The position numbers and the translations under genes were made by a program. The notes under the pieces are model-generated. The model was not told the DNA's origin, did not search any database, and saw only the letters and a program-made list of their open reading frames with translations. Shown piece after piece: positions 59,234 to 64,000 of a stretch of DNA of 64,000 bases. The first letter of the stretch is position 1; each line of letters opens with the position of its first letter. The DNA is from Lama glama (Eukaryota): NCBI GenBank assembly GCA_028534125.1, contig CM052832.1:15378001-15442000 (forward strand), read 5' to 3'.

Positions 59234-59434
59234 CTCAGTCATAATCATGTCCTGGCACTTCTTGACGTACTTGCCCTCGGCCTTGATGACGGTGTGCAGG
59301 AAGTCCAGGTACTGCACGTGGCGCCCGTGGGTGGCCAGCAGGTGCACGAAGTGCTGCAACACGGGCTCACCGATCTCGGAGCAGAGCTGATAGTTGTTCA
59401 GGAAAATGTGCTGCATGGTCTCCGCCTCCAGCAG
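59234..59434 (-). CDS. ITPR3: ITPR3 exon 30
   Basis: [21 protein letters not shown]...KCQDMIMTE, 201 nt. Confidence 0.96.
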
Positions 59435-59522
59435 CTGCAGGCGGGCAGGGTGTCCATCAGACAGGGGGGTCCGGGCCCCACCCTACCCGCCCCACTCAGG
59501 TGCCCCAGCCCCACGCCCTCAC

Positions 59523-59645
59523 CCCCGGCGTGAGGAAGAGATGCAAGTGCTTGTGCAACAGGGCCTGGTTGCCGGGGTTCCCCGCGCAGAACTTCTGCAG
59601 GAACTGGTGTGTGTAGCGCAGAATCTCCATCATCTTGGCATCGCC
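59523..59645 (-). CDS. ITPR3: ITPR3 exon 29
   Basis: [41 protein letters not shown], 123 nt. Confidence 0.95.
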
Positions 59646-59699
59646 CTGGAAGCGGAGAGGAGGGGAGAGGGTGCTGGGCTGGCCACCTGAGGAAGATGA

Positions 59700-60400
59700 G
59701 GCCAGGTCTGGGGCCAGAGCTCAGATGGGGGTGAGGGTGGGGGTGGGTCACGGCTCAGGATTGGGACCACAAGGCGGCCAGGTCCAAGGTGGGTCAGGAT
59801 ATGGAAATGTGCAAAGGACTAAGGCTCAGGGGTTGAGATGAGGCTGGAGTGGGGAAGCAAGGCTAAGGGGTCAGGATCAAGAGTGAGGGGAGGCTTGGGA
59901 CTTAGCAAGACCAAGGTCGGTCAAGGTGAGGGACCAGGGTGGGCCTGAGGACAGTCAGAGTAAGAGGTCAGGGAGAGGCTAGGGTGAAAAATCAAAGTCA
60001 AGAGTCAAGATGAGGACAGAGTTGATATCATGGGTCAAAGAGAAGCTAGGGTCAGATTAGGGTCAACATGAGTCAGATAAGGAGGGTGAAGGTCAAAGGT
60101 TTAAATGAAGCGGAGATTATGAGGATAAGACCCGAGAGGGAAACAGAAGCTGGGGTCAGGGTCAAGAATCAGGGTGAGGCTGGAGTCAATTCAAGGTCAA
60201 AGTGGATCGGAGTGAGGGAGAGAAGGTCAAAGATCAAGATGATACTAAGACTGGATTCAGGGGTCAAGGTATCTGGGGCTGGCCAAGATGAAAGGTCAGG
60301 GCGAGGCTGGGTCAGGTCAGCTTTAGGGGTTAGTGTTTGGGTAAGGTCAGGATTTGGGGTGAAATGCCCAGGGGAGTCAGAGGTCAGAAGTCAGGGGTCA
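59700..60400 (+). repeat. Degenerate RGGTCA-rich hexamer array filling ITPR3 intron 28
   Basis: 19 exact RGGTCA copies counted, all on the + strand. Confidence 0.85.
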
Positions 60401-60401
60401 C

Positions 60402-60527
60402 CTTGTCGTAGGGGATCTGCAGCAGGTCCAGCATGACCTTGTGGGCATCCATGTTCTTGAGCAGCCGCTGCTGTTTCTTTCTCATCTGCTCCCCGACACC
60501 GCACATCTTGTTCAGCCGCTCCAGGAT
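60402..60527 (-). CDS. ITPR3: ITPR3 exon 28
   Basis: ILERLNKMCGVGEQMRKKQQRLLKNMDAHKVMLDLLQIPYDK, 126 nt. Confidence 0.96.
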
Positions 60528-60964
60528 CTGGGGGAGGGGAGGGGAGGGTGAGCCGAGAGTCCCTTCCCACTTCCTCAAGCTTCTCCCACTGCCCGGCCCA
60601 CCCCACCAGCGGGTTCGAGTCCCCTGCCAACCAGAGCTGAATCCCAGCTCACACCGGGGACAGAGAGGGAAGAAGGCGTGGCTGCTGGGTTGGATCACTG
60701 CCACAAGGCCGGGAAGCCCTAAAAGCCTGATTCCACCCATAAAAGTAAATAGAACAATAGGACTGTGAAATGGAGTTTCATTAAATTCTTTCAGCTTTAA
60801 AATAATTCCATCTGGACCTTGGCAGAGTTGTTCCAAACACTTAGGGAAAGCTGGAAGTTATCTTGCGGGCCAGCGGCCAGCAGAGCGTAAGGCGGAAGAG
60901 GTCGGGCCGGGGCCTCCAGGGCAGACAGGCCTGCAGACCCCACCCGGGGACCCTGTCCACTCAC

Positions 60965-61039
60965 CCCCTTGACGATCTGGTAGTTCTCACTGCTCTTCTC
61001 CCCCGGCGGGTGCAGAAAGCCCTCCTCATCAGTGGGCCG
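60965..61039 (-). CDS. ITPR3: ITPR3 exon 27
   Basis: RPTDEEGFLHPPGEKSSENYQIVKG, 75 nt. Confidence 0.93.
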
Positions 61040-61115
61040 CTGGGGGCACAGGGGAGGGGGTCAGCCAGGCCCAGCCTCACAGGGAGCCCCGCCATAGCCC
61101 CCACACCCCACTCAC

Positions 61116-61280
61116 CTGCTTCTTGTCCTTGGCGGCACCTGCCTCCACCTCCTCGCCCTTGCCGCTGCCCTTCTTGTCCACCCACAGCTCCGACTTCTCC
61201 ACCATGGTCCGCAGCCGGTCCAGCTCTGACTTGATCACCTTGTAGTTCTCCACGTCCTGGGCTGAGATCAGCAGCTGCAC
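61116..61280 (-). CDS. ITPR3: ITPR3 exon 26
   Basis: VQLLISAQDVENYKVIKSELDRLRTMVEKSELWV...AKDKKQ, 165 nt. Confidence 0.96.
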
Positions 61281-62248
61281 CTGAAGGTCAAGGACGGGCT
61301 TGCCTGGTGGGACAGGCACCTCCAGGTCCACTGCTTTGTAGAGACTCCCCGCACCTTCACAAGTCCAGGGCTGTCTCTGCTCCTAGCATCTCCACTTCAT
61401 CCAGCCGATCCTACTCAACGTTTATGGCTCTTCTCTAAGACCACTGCCTCCAGAAAGCCTTCCCTGATGGCCACAGATTTCCCTGCATCCACAACCATGA
61501 GCTGCCTTGTCACCTGCTTCAGTTACTCACTGATTTGTGTCACATGCTACTGTGGCCTGTCACTTGTTTACCCAAAACCCAAACAGGGCAGGGCAAAGCA
61601 ACCTGGCATCCCTGAATCCTGACTGTCTCCAGCTTACCCGCTCTGGGTCAGTGGGTAAGGGAGGAAAGCTCCCTGGGCCTCAATTTCTCCCAACTGTAAG
61701 ATGGGAATGAGAGTAGAAACCACGTTGTCAGGGCTGCTTCGAGAATTCCATGGATGCAAGTCTAACACTCAGTACCTGGCACACAGTGAGCCCTCGTTAA
61801 ACACCAGTCCCATCTCAGAGGGAGCTGTCAAGACTGCAGCCGCGTGACATCACAATAACAAAACCAGTCCCTTTGGTGAGGGCCGACTACACGCCAGGCA
61901 TGATTTGAAGCACACAGCAAAGGTGCATGCAACAGAGTTTGCAAACTGTAAAGTACTGTCCGCATCATAAGAAATAACAGAACTTGAGCCAGGCTGAGAG
62001 GAGAGGAAGGTGACCAAGACACGGCTCCCACCTTTAAGGAGCTCAGCCAGGCCAAAAACCCCAGACGTGCATCTCAAGCTGCCCCCGTGCTGTGAACTGC
62101 TCCATCCTGGTTTACCCTCAGTGCCCAGAGTGTGGCCAAGGTAGCCCGCCTGCTCAATGCCCAGATCAGGTGGCCCTCTGGTCCCCAGGAAGCCCCTCAA
62201 GCCTCCTCCCTGCTCCCTGAGGGCCAGGTGCTCTGGCGGGGGCAGCAC

Positions 62249-62414
62249 CTGCTTGAAGGTGTGCATGGCCTCCTGGCGCTGGCTGAAGTGCTTGAAGAGC
62301 AGCTGCAGGGCCCCCGAGACCAGTGGCGCGTAGTCGTGCATGGTGAGGTGGATGAGCACGCGCAGGAACATGCGGCCACCCTCATCGTCCACCTCCAGCA
62401 TGCTGCTCGTCTTC
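62249..62414 (-). CDS. ITPR3: ITPR3 exon 25
   Basis: [55 protein letters not shown], 166 nt. Confidence 0.96.
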
Positions 62415-62534
62415 CTGCAGCAGGGAGCGGGCACGGTTGGCACCTCCTTTCTACCCCAGGGGGCCAGCAGGCTCCCTACCACCCACTTAGCAGTGACAGC
62501 ACTCAGCATAACACTGTGTAAAAGCACTGACTTT

Positions 62535-62623
62535 GGGGGAGGGTATAGCTCAGTGGTAGAGCATGTACTTAGCACGCACAAGGGCCTGGGTTCAATCCTC
62601 AGCACCTCCATTAAAAACAAAAT
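62535..62623 (+). mobile_element. tRNA-Ala-derived SINE, short form
   Basis: GGGGGAGGGTATAGCTCAGTGGTAGAGC...CTTAGCA...CCTGGGTTCAATCCTCAGCACCTCCATT plus A-tail; loose TSD AAAAGCACTGA / AAAATACTGA. Confidence 0.9.
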
Positions 62624-62734
62624 ACTGATATTTCCTCATCAGTTTGTAAACAGCAACTGCCCTGAGCACCCCAAATGATTCCCATGTCCACTGAGGTCCC
62701 GCAGGACCCCCCTTGATTAAGAAACCAAAGCAAG

Positions 62735-63226
62735 AAATCTTCACAGGGGACCCGCAGACACCCCCAAGGGATTCACAGATAGAATCTGGGGTCGTGAATG
62801 GAGGTGGAGAAAAAAACTGTATTTTTACCCACCTCTCACCAGGATGTAGCATTTCCTTCAGTGAGAAAAAATTTAGTAGTACCTGTGACTTTGTCACCGA
62901 TAAAAATCACAGATGTTTGCACATCACCTCAGAGTTGTTACAGAAATTGCAAAATATCGTTTATATTCATCACGACTTTGAAGTAATGGTACTAATTACA
63001 CCCCAGGCACAGCCTGTTATTTAACGTATTAACAAAGAGGCACATATATAACTGTCACTTCAAATTTGTTTTCTTCAATATTTTGATAACTGCATCTCAG
63101 TGCCATTAGTTTCCTTTCTAATTGTATGTTCATTATTTTATAAATTTAAAAACACCATTCCCAGGAGAGGTCCAAAGGCTTCACCAGATGCCAAGGGCAT
63201 GGCACAGAAATAGTTAAGAGCCCCCA
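62735..63226. mobile_element. hAT-Charlie (MER113/Charlie4-like) DNA transposon fossil
   Basis: Ends GGTCCAAAGGCTTCACCAGATGCCAAGGGCATGGCACAGAAATAGTTAAGAGCCCC; internal CCTGTGACTTTGTCACC...AAATCACAGAT. Confidence 0.7.
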
Positions 63227-63630
63227 ACTCCTGAGGTGACTCCCCCTCAATTCTAGCCCCCTGTAGAGCAGGCTGCCCTCCCTGTTGTAAGACACAGGGA
63301 CGTTCCTCTCCCTCCAGCTACCCTGCCCAAGTCCTGACACTCAAACAGAGGCACGATCGCCCTGAGTGGAGGCAGGGGGATGACCAAGATCACACTGGGG
63401 CCCAAGTAGCCCCTATATTACTGGGGTCCAGGCAGGCAAAGGAGGATCAGAGCACAAAGCCAGGGGACCCCCACCCTGGAGCCTGGTAAGGGTCTCCAGG
63501 GGCAATGACCAAAGAGGGAGGGACCAGCCCCCAGCCTCAGGAAATCCAGACCAACCTTAGAGGGGGTCTACAAGCCTGCATCACCCACCCAACCCCATCC
63601 ATAACCCCCCACCATCAACCTTGTCCTCAC

Positions 63631-63688
63631 CCTACTCCAAACATGGCCTCCGCCTGCTCCCCGATGCGATCCAGGTTCATGTTGGCAG
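63631..63688 (-). CDS. ITPR3: ITPR3 exon 24 (58 nt); the gene continues past the window end
   Basis: cacag|CT then ANMNLDRIGEQAEAMFGV plus GG|gtgagg; phase joins exon 25. Confidence 0.93.
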
Positions 63689-64000
63689 CTGTGGGGAGCA
63701 AGGGAGGGGCAGGTGGCAGCTCCATGTGCAGGAAAGATGGGAGCACAGGGGAGAGGAAGCAAGGAGAAGCCCAAGCCACTCCCTTCCCCATGCTGGCCAG
63801 GTGGCAGCCCCGTTGCCTGCCTTTTCCAGGGGCAGAGGTGGAACCAACCAGGACAGGGACCGGAACAGCCCCACTGCCCTGCAGGGGCGAGCAGAGTTCT
63901 GAGCTGAGGGTGCTGGTCTGGCTTAGCCTCTGGCTGTGATCTCAGTCAAGTCCCTGCCCCTCGATGGGCCTGCTGTTTCCCCATTTAGGAAATGGAGGGG

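Noticed and set aside
46588..62521. Long + strand ORFs such as 46588-47169, 47404-47916, 53832-54542 and 62132-62521
   Set aside because: Antisense shadows of GC-rich ITPR3 exons and introns with no recognisable protein
62535..62611. Possible tRNA-Ala(AGC) genes here and at 8905 and 12690
   Set aside because: Mismatched stems, extra 5' G-run, A-rich tails and TSDs mark them as SINE copies
5880..63688. IP6K3 and ITPR3 as a novel inositol-signalling gene cluster
   Set aside because: The IP6K3-UQCC2-ITPR3 order is known mammalian synteny; proximity alone does not show a co-regulated system

Overview
Mammalian genomic DNA. Repeated tRNA-Ala-derived SINEs with an AAATAAACCTAATTACC-type tail suggest a camelid (inference). 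The window holds the IP6K3-UQCC2-ITPR3 block: the last four coding exons of IP6K3 (+, 5880-11276; first coding exon not seen), all of UQCC2 (+, 4 exons, 19836-40110, 136 aa, CpG-island promoter) and the last 35 exons of ITPR3 (-, 63688-41929), convergent with UQCC2. I checked splice phase and translation of every exon by hand; all frames are open. Highlights: a U12-type (minor spliceosome) intron in IP6K3; an early IP6K3 stop with the longer ancestral-looking ending still visible; an ITPR3 intron with 19 same-strand RGGTCA nuclear-receptor half-sites; a tail-to-tail inverted SINE pair; a decayed full-length antisense L1 in UQCC2 intron 1; and a MIR-derived hairpin resembling human MIR3934. I found no novel multi-gene system. 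Human comparisons and repeat family names are from memory, old-repeat boundaries are approximate, and ITPR3 exon numbers assume the last exon is 58.
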